DNA of 63,091 nucleotides, filler included, from Octopus bimaculoides (taxonomy: Eukaryota), in the NCBI RefSeq assembly GCF_001194135.2. It is 6 parts of 4 records of this genome, joined end to end, with 100 filler letters (N's around TTAATTAATTAA, not from the genome) between each part and the next. Parts side by side here need not be neighbours in the genome. Positions count along the whole stretch, not along the records: positions 1 to 18,065 come from NC_068982.1; positions 18,166 to 28,417 come from NC_068996.1; 4 more parts are not named here. The stretch is one strand, 5' to 3'. Numbering within the stretch: position 1 is the stretch's first letter; the number at the start of each line of letters is the position of its first letter. Below are positions 13,425-26,146 of the stretch, in pieces. Made by a program: the position numbers and the translations under genes. The notes beneath the pieces are model-generated. The model worked only from the letters and a program-made list of their open reading frames with translations. It had not been told where the DNA came from and did not search any database.

Positions 13425-13718
13425 CATAATAGACAGTACAATCCTCTTGAAATACGAGATGCCTCGACCATAGAAGATGAAAAAAGGTGAAGATAGTACC
13501 GACTATTGTTGTAGCCTTGGCGACAATATCAAAAGAGAGGAAGATAAAGGAAAAGGATTAGTATCTCGCAGAGTATTTGCCTCCTTAGCACGCCCAGAAT
13601 CATCTGGAAAATATTAGAAGGTTGAAAAGAACAGACGGCATGGTGCCGTAGGCTGCAGGTAGCAAGTCCATTACGCGTGCAAGATTCCAGGAGTCCCAAC
13701 AAAACCTGATTCGAAAGA

Positions 13719-13721
<3 letters not shown>
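13425..13721 (+). mobile_element. R4/Dong-like non-LTR retrotransposon 3' fragment
   Basis: LKYE..R.*KMKK / VKIVPTIVVALATISK / SICLLSTPRIIWKILE match the RLE C-terminus; (AAT)n on both sides. Confidence 0.65.
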
Positions 13722-13749
<28 letters not shown>

Positions 13750-14269
13750 TACCAGGCAGTGGTTTTCATGGCATCCCATCTTAACTAATTGGAAGTGTTA
13801 TCATGTACATTGTTTTGTCATGGTATAAAAGATGGGCTACAGCAAATATTCTGCTCAATACCACAGATTTGCTTGTCAGTTGTTTGACCATAATCAATTG
13901 AGCATGTCCCTTTGCAACCGACGATATGTGCATCTCTGATCACGAGAAGAAGTAGTGGGGTGCATCATAGCCATGTGTTGAGAGAAATTCTTTGGGCTTT
14001 GGAGAATTCACTTCTAGAAAAGTGAGTGTTTCGTTCAACATCCTTAAACAAGGACCTTTTGAGCAGGATAAGCTACTCGACGTGAAGAAAATTCTAACTG
14101 GGCCCCACCTACAAGGTCATGTGCTGTTTATCTTGATATGAGATCACCATATGGTTGCGATGCATGTGCCTGGTGTACCCTTATCAGAGAGGTAGTCATG
14201 ATGGGTTTATTGGTCCTTGTATATTTCTGTCCCAGTGTCATTTCGATGGCATGCGTTACTCTCTTATTC
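13750..14269 (+). mobile_element. unclassified interspersed repeat (family D), retroposon-like with (AAT)n tail
   Basis: 14065-14265 is homologous to the reverse complement of 42510-42722; bounded by (AAT)n at both ends. Confidence 0.6.
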
Positions 14270-14281
14270 AATAATAATAAT

Positions 14282-15485
14282 AGTGAAAGTATGAAACATT
14301 GGAATACTCAACTGATCGGAGGAAAACAAAAACTCGGAAAAGTGAACATCAGACGTATAATATTCCATGGTGATAGCTTATCTCTATTACTATTCGTATT
14401 GGCCATGACACTGCTCACTATAATACTATGAAAAGTTAAAATTGCTTACGAGTTGGGAAAAAGAAATGGTCAGATAAAAGTCTAGTAGAGTATTTACAGG
14501 ACACCACGGAAAAAAAACTACTAAAAACAGCTAATAAGGAACAGGTGATGAAGCTCATAGTAGGAGAAAGGGACAAAAATGAAATACAAAGAAAGATCGA
14601 AGAGAAACCTCTGCATGGCTAATTATGGTGAGACACTGAAAATGTATGTGAAACAAAATCCTGAGCTTGGTTAAAAAAGGGGCAATTAAAAAGAAAAAAA
14701 CAGAGAGCCTAATTGCAGCAGTCCAAGAACAAGCGATAAAAACAAACAACTTGAGAAAAAACATATAAGGAGAGCATGTGTCACAAAAATGTAGAACCTG
14801 TGGAACTTGGAAGGAGACAGTGGCGCACATTGTGACAAAATGCCGCAAGTTGGCACAGGAAGAATATAAGAAATGGAGGCACGACCAGGTTGTAAACCTT
14901 TTACACTGGAAACTGAGCCAGAAGTCGGAATTTGAAGCAGGACACATATGGTACAATCATCGAGTCGAAAGTTTTCTTAAGTCGGAGAAATGTAAGATTT
15001 TGTGGGACTTTCATATTCAAACGGATAAGAAGTTAGAAAATAACAGACCAGACATTACAGTTATAGATAAGGAAAAGCGAAGTTGCTTACTTCATGCTTG
15101 CTTGATTTTAGGATCGTAAAGAAAGAGGAATAACCACTCCACCAAGAAAAAAAAAAAATAAATAACACAATTCCTTAAAATTTGAAATAGGAAGAATTTG
15201 GAGCATGCGAACAGTAAAAGTCGTTCTTATAATAATTGGTGCGTTGGGAACAGTAAGCTAAGACAACTGGCTGAAGGCGATTGAAATGGAATGCCCGGTA
15301 GAGCTCCTAGAGAAAGTATGTCACTTAGGGGCAGCAAGTATTATCATGAGGGTTCTAAGTACTTGAAAGATTGCTCAAAGCTTGTGGATACCTAAGGTTA
15401 CAAGTAACTAACTACCCACATACACCCTACCAGGATTAAGACTGATCCTGAGACAAACCAAAACAAGAACAACAATAATAATAAT
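14282..15485 (+). mobile_element. R4/Dong-like non-LTR retrotransposon, 5'-truncated and internally deleted
   Basis: RT motif IFHGDSLSLLLFVLAM; CCHC knuckle CRTCGTWKETVAHIVTKC; RHDQV; RLE motif ILWDFHIQTD..ENNRPDITVIDK; ends in (AAT)n. Confidence 0.9.
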
Positions 15486-15920
15486 TTTGAAACAAACTTC
15501 TAATTTACTTATGTTTTGACAGACATTCTCTAAAACAATACTCTATGCAAAACCATATATATGGCACCCAAGTCATAACACCAAATTGAACTTCTAACTT
15601 GTCTCTTGAGAGGTAATTTATTTCATTGAGGTTGAAGAGGTAAGAGACAAATTTCTCTTCAGCGAGAAATTGTCCAATGCTCAATGCCAGAAATTTGGGA
15701 GGATGTTAATCGAATAAATCGATCTCAGGATTCGATAAGTTGATTTTTTTGTTTTTGTTTTATTAAGCACAGAAAAAATACCTACCTCAGTGGAGTTTGA
15801 ACACCGAACGTAATGAACCGGAACAAATGCCACAAGACATTGGGTTCGACGCTAGTGGCTACCAATTTGCAGTAGGGATAACATTCATAATATTAGTAAT
15901 AGTAACAGGAGCAGTGGTAA

Positions 15921-15921
<1 letters not shown>

Positions 15922-15972
<51 letters not shown>

Positions 15973-16985
15973 GGTGGTGGTGGTGGTGGTTGCAGGACAA
16001 AAAAGGATGGACGGGAAAAGGAATATGAGAGAAGGAGGCGGAGGATGAGTAGGTGAAGGAGACGAAAGGAAGAAGTAGAAAAGGAAGAAAGATGGAGGGA
16101 AAGAAGAAAAAAGAAAAAGAAGAAGTAGAAGAAGAAGAAGAAGAAAGAAAGAAAAGAGGAAGAAGAAGCTGGAATAAAAGAAGGGGAATGACAATGAGAC
16201 AAAGAAGAAATGGAAAAAGCAGAAGAAGAAAAAGATAATAGAGAAGCAAGAGAAAAATATGTATTGTTTGCGAAGTAATAAGAGATAAGAAAATAGTACG
16301 AAATTTATGTCAGCAAAAATAGCATTATTATGGGCTGTGGAATCAGAAAAGACGATGATGATGATGATGGTGGTGGTGATGATGCTGATTATAATGACGG
16401 TGATGATGAAGGTGATGATGGTGGTGATCATGATGATGATGATGGTGGTGGTGGTGATTGTGATGATGATGGTGATGACGGAGATGATGGTGATGATGAT
16501 AATGATGATGATTATGATGATGATGCTGATGGTGATGATGATGATGGTGGAGGTGGTGGTAATGATGATGATGATGATGATGATGATGACAACGAAGATG
16601 ACGATGATGACGCGACTGAAGATGAAGCACTTACGGCTTCTGATGAAAACAGTGATGTCAGAAATAATGCAAATGACTTCGCTTCCCCTTTTTTTTCTCT
16701 TTTTTTTACTATGTTTTCTTTTTTTTAAAATTTTGTTGTAGATGATAATGCTGATTTGATATTGACTATCATGATGATGATGATGATGTTGGTACTGGTG
16801 ATAAAGGTAATAATAGCGTTTCTGTTCCTCTTGTGGAAGACGCTGACGCTGGTGATGATGATGACGATGATAATGTTGATGCTGGTGATGATAATGATGA
16901 TGACAATAATGAAAAGGATGATGACGATGATGATGACGATGATGATGATGATGATGATGATGATGACGATGACAATGTTGATGAA

Positions 16986-17028
<43 letters not shown>

Positions 17029-17116
17029 GTTATAGTGAAAACCAGTATGATGATGGTAGTGGTAGTAGTGGTGGTGGTGGTGATGATGACGACGACGACG
17101 ACGATGATGACGATGG

Positions 17117-17163
<47 letters not shown>

Positions 17164-17470
17164 CTGATGATAGTGATGATTGAGGTGGTTGTGGTGGTGG
17201 TAGTGGTGGTGGTGGTAGTTATTAGGAAGATAACTCCACTGTTCCTGCTGCTGCAGCTGTTCTTGATGAAAGTGGCGGCGATATGATAGCCACTGTTGAT
17301 GTTGCTGCCTGTGATGACGGCAGCGATAATGGCGTTGCTGCTTTCCTTGTTGTAGCTGCTGCTGCTCTTGTTGTTGTTGTTATTAATACTGTAGACAATC
17401 TTGACGATGGTGACGATGGTGACGATGATGATGGTGGTGGTAGCAGTAATGGTGGGTGTGATGAATAGGG
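15922..17470. repeat. compound trinucleotide low-complexity block (GTA/GTG, GAA-rich, GAT/GGT)
   Basis: Seen directly; source of the poly-M/D/H/V pseudo-ORFs. Confidence 0.95.
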
Positions 17471-17830
17471 TTACGGTTATAATGCTGTTAATATGATGCA
17501 CACACACACACACACACACATACACACACACTCACACACCCCCACACACACACACACACTCACACACACACACACACACACACACATGTATATAGACGTA
17601 TACATGTTTTATATTCATCTTACACATGTCATGCAACACATGCATAATAAAATGTGACATATATAATGTACATCATGCATTTTATGTATGTTACTGCGTG
17701 AAATGTATGTACGTTATGCATGTCTTTGTAAATTATGAACGAGCAATTGATTATGCATTTCATGATTCTTTACAATACACTGTGAAATTTGTGCAGCTAC
17801 GTAAATTTAACATATAATATATACTGTATA

Positions 17831-18028
17831 CTCTTTTACTCTTTTACTTGTTTCAGTCATTTGACTGTGGCCATGCTGGAGCACCGCCTTTAGTCGACGA
17901 AATCGACCCCAAAACTTATTCTTTGTAAGCCTAGTACTTATTCTATCGGTCTGTTTTGCCGAACCGCTAAGTTACGGGGACGTAAATACTCCAGCATCGG
18001 TTGTCAAGCGATGTTGGAGGACAAACAC

Positions 18029-18030
<2 letters not shown>
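17831..18030 (-). mobile_element. SINE family B, 3' part with octamer tail (GAGTAAAA)n
   Basis: actcttttactcttttacttgtttcagtcatttgactgtggccatgctggagcaccgcc. Confidence 0.8.
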
Positions 18031-18065
<35 letters not shown>

Positions 18066-18165
18066 NNNNNNNNNNNNNNNNNNNNNNNNNNNNNNNNNNN
18101 NNNNNNNNNTTAATTAATTAANNNNNNNNNNNNNNNNNNNNNNNNNNNNNNNNNNNNNNNNNNNN
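18066..18165. other. artificial scaffold-join spacer
   Basis: 44 N + TTAATTAATTAA (stops in all six frames) + 44 N = 100 bp. Confidence 0.95.
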
Positions 18166-18499
18166 GGCAGCAGTAACACCAGCACTGACAACAACGACCG
18201 CAGCACCAGAGCTAGGACCGGATATGCCGACCACACCAGCACCAGCAACACCAGCGGAGCTACCAGTCCGACGCCCAGAGTTAACAACGACAGCATCCAT
18301 GACACCATCAGCAACAGCAGCAGTAATACCAGCTGTACCGCCGGGGATGATTACTACAACAGCAACAACTACGACGACATCGCCGGACCCACGTCCTGTA
18401 ATAACAGCAGCGATGACAGTTTCCACAACAGCAGCGGCAACAAAAACTTCAAGCCCGGAGTGAACGGAAGAAACGCGAGCGGCGAGAACACAACCAGCA

Positions 18500-18860
18500 C
18501 TCGAGTTCGGGAATACATCAGTTCGGCCGAAATTGCCTTTAAGCGATGCCTGTGCTATCACAGGTCCTCTTTTAGGGTTCCGGAAAGACGTTACGTAACA
18601 TCCCTGGCCAGCCACATGTGACGCCTTAAGGATGAAGGAACTCCATACGAAATTAGATGGAAGATCATAGAGCAGCCGGTGTCCTAGATAAATGGGAGTG
18701 GACGATGCAAGCTTTGCATAGCAGATCAGGTAAAGACCTGTAAGGAACGACCGTGTGAACTCAAAAAGGAGAAATGGTGACGGATGGAAAAACAGAGGAC
18801 TCCTTTTATTTAAACGTGTCACACGGTCGAACACAAAGTATATATCAAATGTGATATACA
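18500..18860 (+). mobile_element. Penelope-like element GIY-YIG endonuclease pseudogene fragment
   Basis: One frame from 18511: EYISSAEIAFKRCLCYHRSSFR..RYVTSLASHM*RLKDEGTPYEIRWKIIEQPVS*INGSGRCKLCIA; both stops are one base from expected W and Y codons. Confidence 0.8.
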
Positions 18861-19669
18861 TGATATGTTATACGACCATAACATAGATGACCTGTAATGA
18901 AAGACCACAACCGTATAAGATGAATAACAGAGATATTTATTGTAGCGTTAAAGATGTATGTCTGTGAGAGTGTGAATGCGACATATAAGAACATAATCAA
19001 AGACAGGCCGTCGTACAAAGAAAAGTATGTATGTGAGTGATATATGTGTGTGTATGTTAGTTACTACAGCAGAGAGAAAGAGAGTCAATAACACGTGAGC
19101 AATTATACCAGTTCTTTAGTACACAATAGTATGAGTCTGTATGTGAAGTGAGTTGGCTGCGAGTGTGGCAGAGCTGATCACTAGTTGTGATGTGGCATCG
19201 ATGCCGGGCCGTGATTCTTGTTATACAGATGTTCGTCGCTGGCTGAAATTCTTGTCTGTTTATTTATCGTGGTGAAGCTGAGTCACCTAACAGAATCGAA
19301 GAGAGAGAAGTGCCGCGGTGGTTTGGATTGGTGTACATAGAAAGTCGTGTTGACGCTGGTGGTGAAGAGGCTGCTGCTTGGTAGTAGTCGTAGAAACGTG
19401 TTGCTGATATGGCGACNNNNNNNNNNNNNNNNNNNNNNNNNNNNNNNNNNNNNNNNNNNNNNNNNNNNNNNNNNNNNNNNNNNNNNNNNNNNNNNNNNNN
19501 NNNNNNNNNNNNNNNNNNNNNNNNNNNNNNNNNNNNNNNNGAAGTGGTCGCTGGCTGATTGTTGCTGCTGCTGTCGTGTGGTACACGGAACAGTCTCTAA
19601 GAGAAACTGAACCGAGACAAATTTGTTGGGTATGAGTTGCTCTATTTAAGGCGTTAAGGGGGCTCCCAG

Positions 19670-20160
19670 ACGGTGATAGAAAAACACTATCACGTGACCT
19701 TATTAAGGGCTGTGATTGGTCAGTTTGCGTTCTGGCGGGAACGGTTCGAAGAAGTTGCCGATTCGAATAATGATCAGTCACGTGATGACAAGGAATGGGT
19801 TCTCTGCTACGCCCGCGTTTATTTATATTTAAATGAGAAGAATGGCGATAGCAGTTTTGTATCTAGTGACGATAGGTAGTTTCACTACAGACCCTTAAAG
19901 ATTCGGGAACCCTACCTGCTGCCGGCGTGGGATTAAGGTTGTAAAAATTATTTGCGGACCGGATCCAAGCTAAGGGTGAGATTCCCCGTTTGCCCTTTAG
20001 TTCTATAAGATTTGCTGACTGGAATGGTCTAAGGGCAGTAACCCATCCAGTTCAAGGCTCAGATAGTGTATTTTATTCTTTTGTTTACAAATTAACTGAC
20101 CATAATGGTTTTCTACCTCTAGTTCGAAGAGAGGCTACACGCCCGCGGCCATGGGATCTG
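19670..20160 (+). promoter_or_regulatory. candidate promoter / first exon
   Basis: CpG-rich patch; TCACGTGA at 19690 and 19778; ATTGG at 19715; GCGGCCATGG Kozak context at 20151 followed by G|GTGAGT donor. Confidence 0.35.
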
Positions 20161-20241
20161 GTGAGTCGTCTGTAAAGCTAAGCGCTTTATGGATGCGAAA
20201 TCATTGGTCACTCTATTACTGAACATATATTTAACTTCATG

Positions 20242-20310
<69 letters not shown>

Positions 20311-20706
20311 GTATAAACTAACGAACGTGTTTTTCTCTCTCTTTTTTCTATCTTTTCTCTTTAAAAAAAAGTCGCTCTCAGCGTTCACTATGTTACCCTC
20401 GTTCTGACCTAACGACCCTCCATGTTCGTTTTTGTTCAGTTTCCTTGTATGTCTCCACTGTCATTTTTTTTTGTCCCCAACTTTGACCCTCCATAAATCC
20501 TAAATTTTATCTTATAATTTATGGCAGCAACTGTCTTTGAAGACTCTTATTCTCGTTAAATGCTCGAAACGAGAAGTAGACAGACAGCCGACAACTGATG
20601 AAGGATCCTTTCTCTGTGTTAACTTGTCCTGTTTTCTATTTTTTTCTCGTTGTTTACATATTTCATGTTATTTGCACCGTTGGTGACGCCCTGTACCCAC
20701 ATATGC

Positions 20707-20752
<46 letters not shown>

Positions 20753-20815
20753 GAGAATATACAAAAAATAACAACAGACGAGGACAGGTGGTGTAAATAA
20801 CAAAAGTATATATTA

Positions 20816-20863
<48 letters not shown>

Positions 20864-22914
20864 CGCCAGAAAGATTACAGTGAAATTACCATGGAGAGTG
20901 AAATAGTCACCGCTTTGGACAGAGTTCTTTTTTTCTTAGATGATGCCATGTCGCATGCTGCTGCTGATACTACCGACTTCGATCAATCAAAGTTACTACT
21001 ACATTTGGTACACACCAATTCAAATGATTTCTTCATAACAAGCTGAGATGATTTCCCAACAATAACTTTTCCAGAATCTTATCCTGAAATATTACAGGAT
21101 TTATTAATCAGCCTATGTGAAGTAACACGTATTTTTTCTTTGTCGTTCATTCATTGACATCATTTTATATATTTTAATTAACTCATTTGCTGTGTTCAAA
21201 CGTTTTACAATTAATCTCATTACTTACATGAAAATAAATACCTTGCAGTATTTCTTTTGGCTCTTTCCATTCTGAGTTCAAATTCAACGAAGATTAATTT
21301 TATCTTTTGTTATTTTGAATTCGATAAAATAAAATGCGAGTGAAGTACTGGATCGATTGTGTCGACAGAATAATACACACACACACACACGCGCACACAA
21401 CACACACGGCCACCACTAATGTCACACCATTACGTTTAAAATTCTTTAATCTAATACTGATATATATAAATCTCTAACCTCTCTCCAGAGAATTTCGATA
21501 AGTCTCCGCCTTACTATGATAAAGCTTCAGTAGCTAGCGTCTTATCATATATCTTCACATTTGCAACCCAAGAAAAGACAGGTAATATGGTTTGCTTTTC
21601 TTTCTCTCTAAATGTTAAGACAAACGCTGGAAAAAAAAAAGAACTGCTTCTCTGAGATAAACATTTCATAAGCAATCATAAATACAGAAAAAATGTTGAG
21701 AGGCATTTTGTGAAGATAAGCTACAGTTGCAGATCCAAATGAAGGCAACCATCTCAAGCAAACCCACCAAGAAGGTCATCTCAGATTACTCATCGGACAT
21801 GCGGACATTTTCTCTCTAGATCAGGTGTACAATATAAAGTTGTTAGTATCAACATTTTTTTTACCAGAGACACACAATAGCGACTGTATATAACCCCACA
21901 CGTACACTGACACACACCATATTTGTGTGTGTTTATAAATATATCAATATATATTATATTAGATGTTTGCAAAACATCTAATATATGTGTATATATTTAT
22001 ATGTATGTGTGTATATATCTGTGTAAGTATGTATGAATGTATAGGTATTTATATGTTCACATGCACGTTTATAGATACATATACATTCATACTTGCCAAA
22101 TAAAAGTTTATGCAAGACTTGAAGAAAAAGGGTAATATTGACGTGAAGCGAAGCTTCCCTTTAACTGGTGACCGGTGTATCACATCACACTTCGAAGGCT
22201 ATGCATATGCAATCCAAGAACAGGAGATTGCTACAAAAATCCCCATTCAACAGTGAAGCCCTTGGAGTTCCAAGATGCAACCATAAATATCGATTATGTC
22301 GTAGTTTTGTGGAAGACATCACATATGTGATTAGTAGCTACCCCAAAATGTCCTCAAGGTACTACCTCTCTATGCGACATGACGTGGTTGCTAAAGCAAT
22401 ATGCAATGCCATTCAGAAAAAGACTGTCCTGGAATAAATATATACAATTCCCCTGTTAATAAATAGGTAGACGAATACCAGCACAAGGAATACTTGTGGA
22501 ACATTCCCATCAAACATCTGCCATGTGTAAATATAACAGGCTGGATATTATTATTTGGGACAGACAGGAGGTACTGTCATAGAGATCGGCTATCCTGCTG
22601 ATGTGAATATCTCTTCGAAAATCAAAGAGAAAGAAGATAACTATGGACAACTGATTCGAAATCTTTAGCAATTGGTTTTGTGAGTAAATGTCTAAGTGAA
22701 AATTTGGATAAGTTGGGGTTTTCAGAAAAAAAAAAAGAAACCAATCAACTGACTTTCACATTACAAATGCAATCTGTAAGTGGAACAGTAAAAATTATGC
22801 AAGACTTTTCTCAGTATTAAATTGCGACATTGTTTTTGTCATCTACATTTCCAAGATGGAGCATTATATCTTTGTCAGAAACGAACTCCTTCCTCAGACG
22901 AAGAATTCAAGTAA
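20151..22914 (+). CDS. tentative small spliced ORF join(20151-20160,21489-21581,22856-22914), 53 aa, function unknown; may continue via a donor at 22911
   Basis: Phase-compatible GT-AG exons give [53 protein letters not shown]; no homolog recognised. Confidence 0.27.
20880..21130 (+). mobile_element. degenerate pogo/Tigger-type DDE transposase remnant
   Basis: [12 protein letters not shown]...[12 protein letters not shown] resembles KILLFLDNAxxH...NIKLxFLPPNTTS. Confidence 0.35.
22110..22817 (+). mobile_element. degenerate R4/R2-type (RLE) non-LTR retrotransposon 3' fragment
   Basis: [18 protein letters not shown]; [19 protein letters not shown]; RHDVVAKAI; (W)[14 protein letters not shown]; [11 protein letters not shown]. 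Confidence 0.8.
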
Positions 22915-23185
22915 TTAAAGACAGAAGACAACATACATATTACTATACTACTGTACCGATCAGATTATCGGATGTAGTTCCACACGGTTGGTTACAACGA
23001 GCTTACTCGCATTGTTGTAATTTTCAAATCATGATACTTAACTGGCTAGACAGGCATATGTGACCGAGATTAAATGCGTATAAGTGACCGAGATCCCCAC
23101 TAAACTGGACGCCACGATACTCATGTATAGCTCTTGGCTCATTTGGAGCAAATATGTTGCTTTTGGTCAGATAGGAGTCATGACG

Positions 23186-23229
<44 letters not shown>

Positions 23230-23338
23230 TACACACTCTCTCTTTCTCTTTCTCTCTCTCTCTCTCTCTCACTCTCTGTATATATATATGTGTTTGTGTG
23301 TCTGTCTTTGTCTGTCTGTTTATCTGTCTAACTATTTA

Positions 23339-23400
<62 letters not shown>

Positions 23401-24861
23401 TATATAAATAATAATAATAATAATACACTGAGAACATAATATTCAATACGTTGTAGAGCGTATACGCGTTTCTTCAAAATGCCGTAATAATGACATAACA
23501 TTTGTAGAAACATTATGCACTCTTGCACTATACCTCATCATTGTTCCGCTATAAATTAAACGATACATATTGAAAACTCCAAATATAAACATTTTTCCCA
23601 TTATAACAAATAACAATAACAATGGCAATAATAACACTGACCACGCCGATAAAAGAAGTCACCAAGCTCGGCTTATCAATCATCCAATGACTGTCATTGT
23701 ATTGATTGCGGACCAAGTGTAAGACAGCTTAATGTTACAAATATTATGTAATTATGACAGTATACTAACGAGACATGTATACGTTCTATAAAGTATTGAG
23801 TTCCTAAAATGTCTTCTGTTTATTCATTATCCTTTCTGTTCTTTGGTTCGTATTCTGCACACTGGCCCACCATGTTGATGCCTTGTGTTGTACCACACTG
23901 GATACTGGTGTGCAGTGTGAAAGCCACAACTGAGCCTAATCTTTGGATACGTGTCACGCTATACAGTGCACTTATTGTGTGTATGTGTGTGCGTGTGTGT
24001 GTGTGTGCGTGTGTGTGCGCGCGTGCGTATGCATGTGTCTGCAAGCTCTACATACGGCAGAGTTTATTCATGTAATCATATGAGGGTCAACTTAGTCTCT
24101 ACCCTGAGCTTCTTCTGTATATTATTGCGACCTTTATGATCCCGTAAAGAAAGAAATAGATAAGTCGGTGTATCTACTTAACTGTATTAACAACAGTTAG
24201 TCTTCCACACTTCACAGACTAATCTGAACAACCCAAGCTACTACAGAATCTTATCTAGCACCACACTGTAATCGGTAGATTACAGTAGTACGGACAAGAA
24301 ATAAATAACGGTCGGTGAATAGCTGATTGATACAGTTAGCTGTTAGTATTTGTTGAGTCTGATGGTAGTACTTACACTTCTAGAAAATGACTGATGAGGC
24401 AGGGTGGGTGGGTGGTTGGTGTACATATTCAGACTTCAATTCGATAGTCTTTGGAAAACTGAAAGATAACTAAGTTATGGTAATAACAACAAGCAATTTG
24501 CTTAATGGAAATAACAACTGTTATTGTTTACGGTTAGTGGGTGTGAGAGTGTGAGTGTGTGTGTGTGCGCGCGCGTGTGTTTATTTCGACATCTTCGACT
24601 ATAAACAGAATCAACTTGTATGATGTTTTTCCGAACTGACATTGTCTGAAGTGATTAACCTAGTTCTTGTTTTGTATCTTTTGCTTTCCTGCTTCCTACC
24701 TTGCGTCTTCTTTCGTAAAGAAAGAAAAACAAAATGAAATAAAATAAAACAAAAATTTAAAAAAAGGACAAAATGAAAAATTATTTTATGTCAATATCAA
24801 AATGATGTAAAGGGATGTGTGGAGAAGGGGAGGAGTGCTTGAACCTAGAGCACAACTCTTA

Positions 24862-24897
<36 letters not shown>

Positions 24898-25547
24898 CTC
24901 TTTCTCTCCGTTTGATTCAGATGGCATTTTCTCCCATAATACTTTCGAGGATCGATAAAGGAAAAGCCCACACAGTGTTGCCAAACTGGGCCACCATGTA
25001 GCAGCACATCTCACTACTTTTCTGGACCAGGCGCTACATTTTAAAAATAAATTACTTGTTACTTTGTTAGTTTTAATTTTTAAATGTTGGTCTCTTCTTG
25101 AATGTTATCAAATTATCAAGTATGTAAATTAAAACCATCAATTAAAACAGACAATTTGTGTTGGCAAAATTTTTACTTTCACAATTTTCCTTCTTTATCT
25201 TTTTGTCATGTAGTTTGAATTGGTGGCAAAAACTGATGGAAGAAGAGTTGGATAGCGAAAGGGATGGTAGGAGGAAAGTGTTCTCAAATCGGACGCCTGG
25301 CTTGAATGTTTGCAGCTGAATAGTGGTGTTCAGTCAGGAAATGGATTAAGTCTACCACTCAAATATTAGGATACGGTGGGGTTTGAACTGAAGATGCAAA
25401 TGTGTTGGAACAAATACGGCGAGACATTCAGTCTGTTCTTACAATTTCATCAACCCATCGCCTTCGGCTGCTACCGTTTTTATTGACCCCAAAAGGATGC
25501 GAAGACAAAGTTGTCCTCAAATGGACAATCCATTACTTTCATACAGA

Positions 25548-25769
25548 CAGTAATCCCTCGACTATCGCGGGTATTATGTTTCAAAACCCCCGCGATTGGT
25601 GAAAATCTGCCAAGTAGGAACATAATTGTACTGTATATTTCTATTATTATTTTTATAATTTGTACATGTTTATTTTATTATAAATGCAAAACAACACCAT
25701 GGAGGAATCGACGTAAGCTTGAAATTATAAACCATGATAGGTGAACTGCAGTATGGCGAGAGATTGCTG
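25548..25769. mobile_element. pogo/Tigger-like MITE
   Basis: Termini CAGTAATCCCTCG ... CGAGAGATTGCTG (11/13 inverted), TA at the right flank. Confidence 0.6.
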
Positions 25770-25984
25770 TATATATAAATATATAAACATAAATAAGATC
25801 TTATCAACATGATTTTATGTTGTCCAATAATGATGGTGACGGACTCTCCCGTGGAAAACGATGTATGAGCATTCAGCTTTTTGCCGAACGACCTGCACAA
25901 ATGATTTGTTTATCAAATGTTCATGCTGCACATTAGTTCACTCTCTCCTTCAAATCGTTGTTGTCTGAATATATATATGCACGA

Positions 25985-26130
25985 TGTACCATACATCAGA
26001 TGTTGAAGTGATTGCAGAGCAATGTGAGGTGAAGTGTTTTGCTCAAGAAATCATTGCACCACCTTGTCTACGGAGTTGAAATCACGATCTCTAGATCGGG
26101 TGTGCAACACGCTTAACACTAAGCCATGCA
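25985..26130 (-). mobile_element. SINE family C, degenerate
   Basis: gtgaagtgttttgctcaag..; head ttaacactaagccatgcac. Confidence 0.55.
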
Positions 26131-26146
26131 CACAATAACAAAAGTA

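Noticed and set aside
15797-17531. Poly-M, poly-D, poly-H, poly-V and poly-I ORFs
   Set aside because: Translations of trinucleotide repeats open in several frames on both strands
18166-18463. Mucin-like Thr/Ala/Pro ORF
   Set aside because: Degenerate CAG/CAA/ACA repeat at a scaffold edge; no splice signals or domain
20940-21045. Alternative second exon for the 20151 ATG
   Set aside because: Lies within the pogo-like transposase remnant, which explains the open frame better
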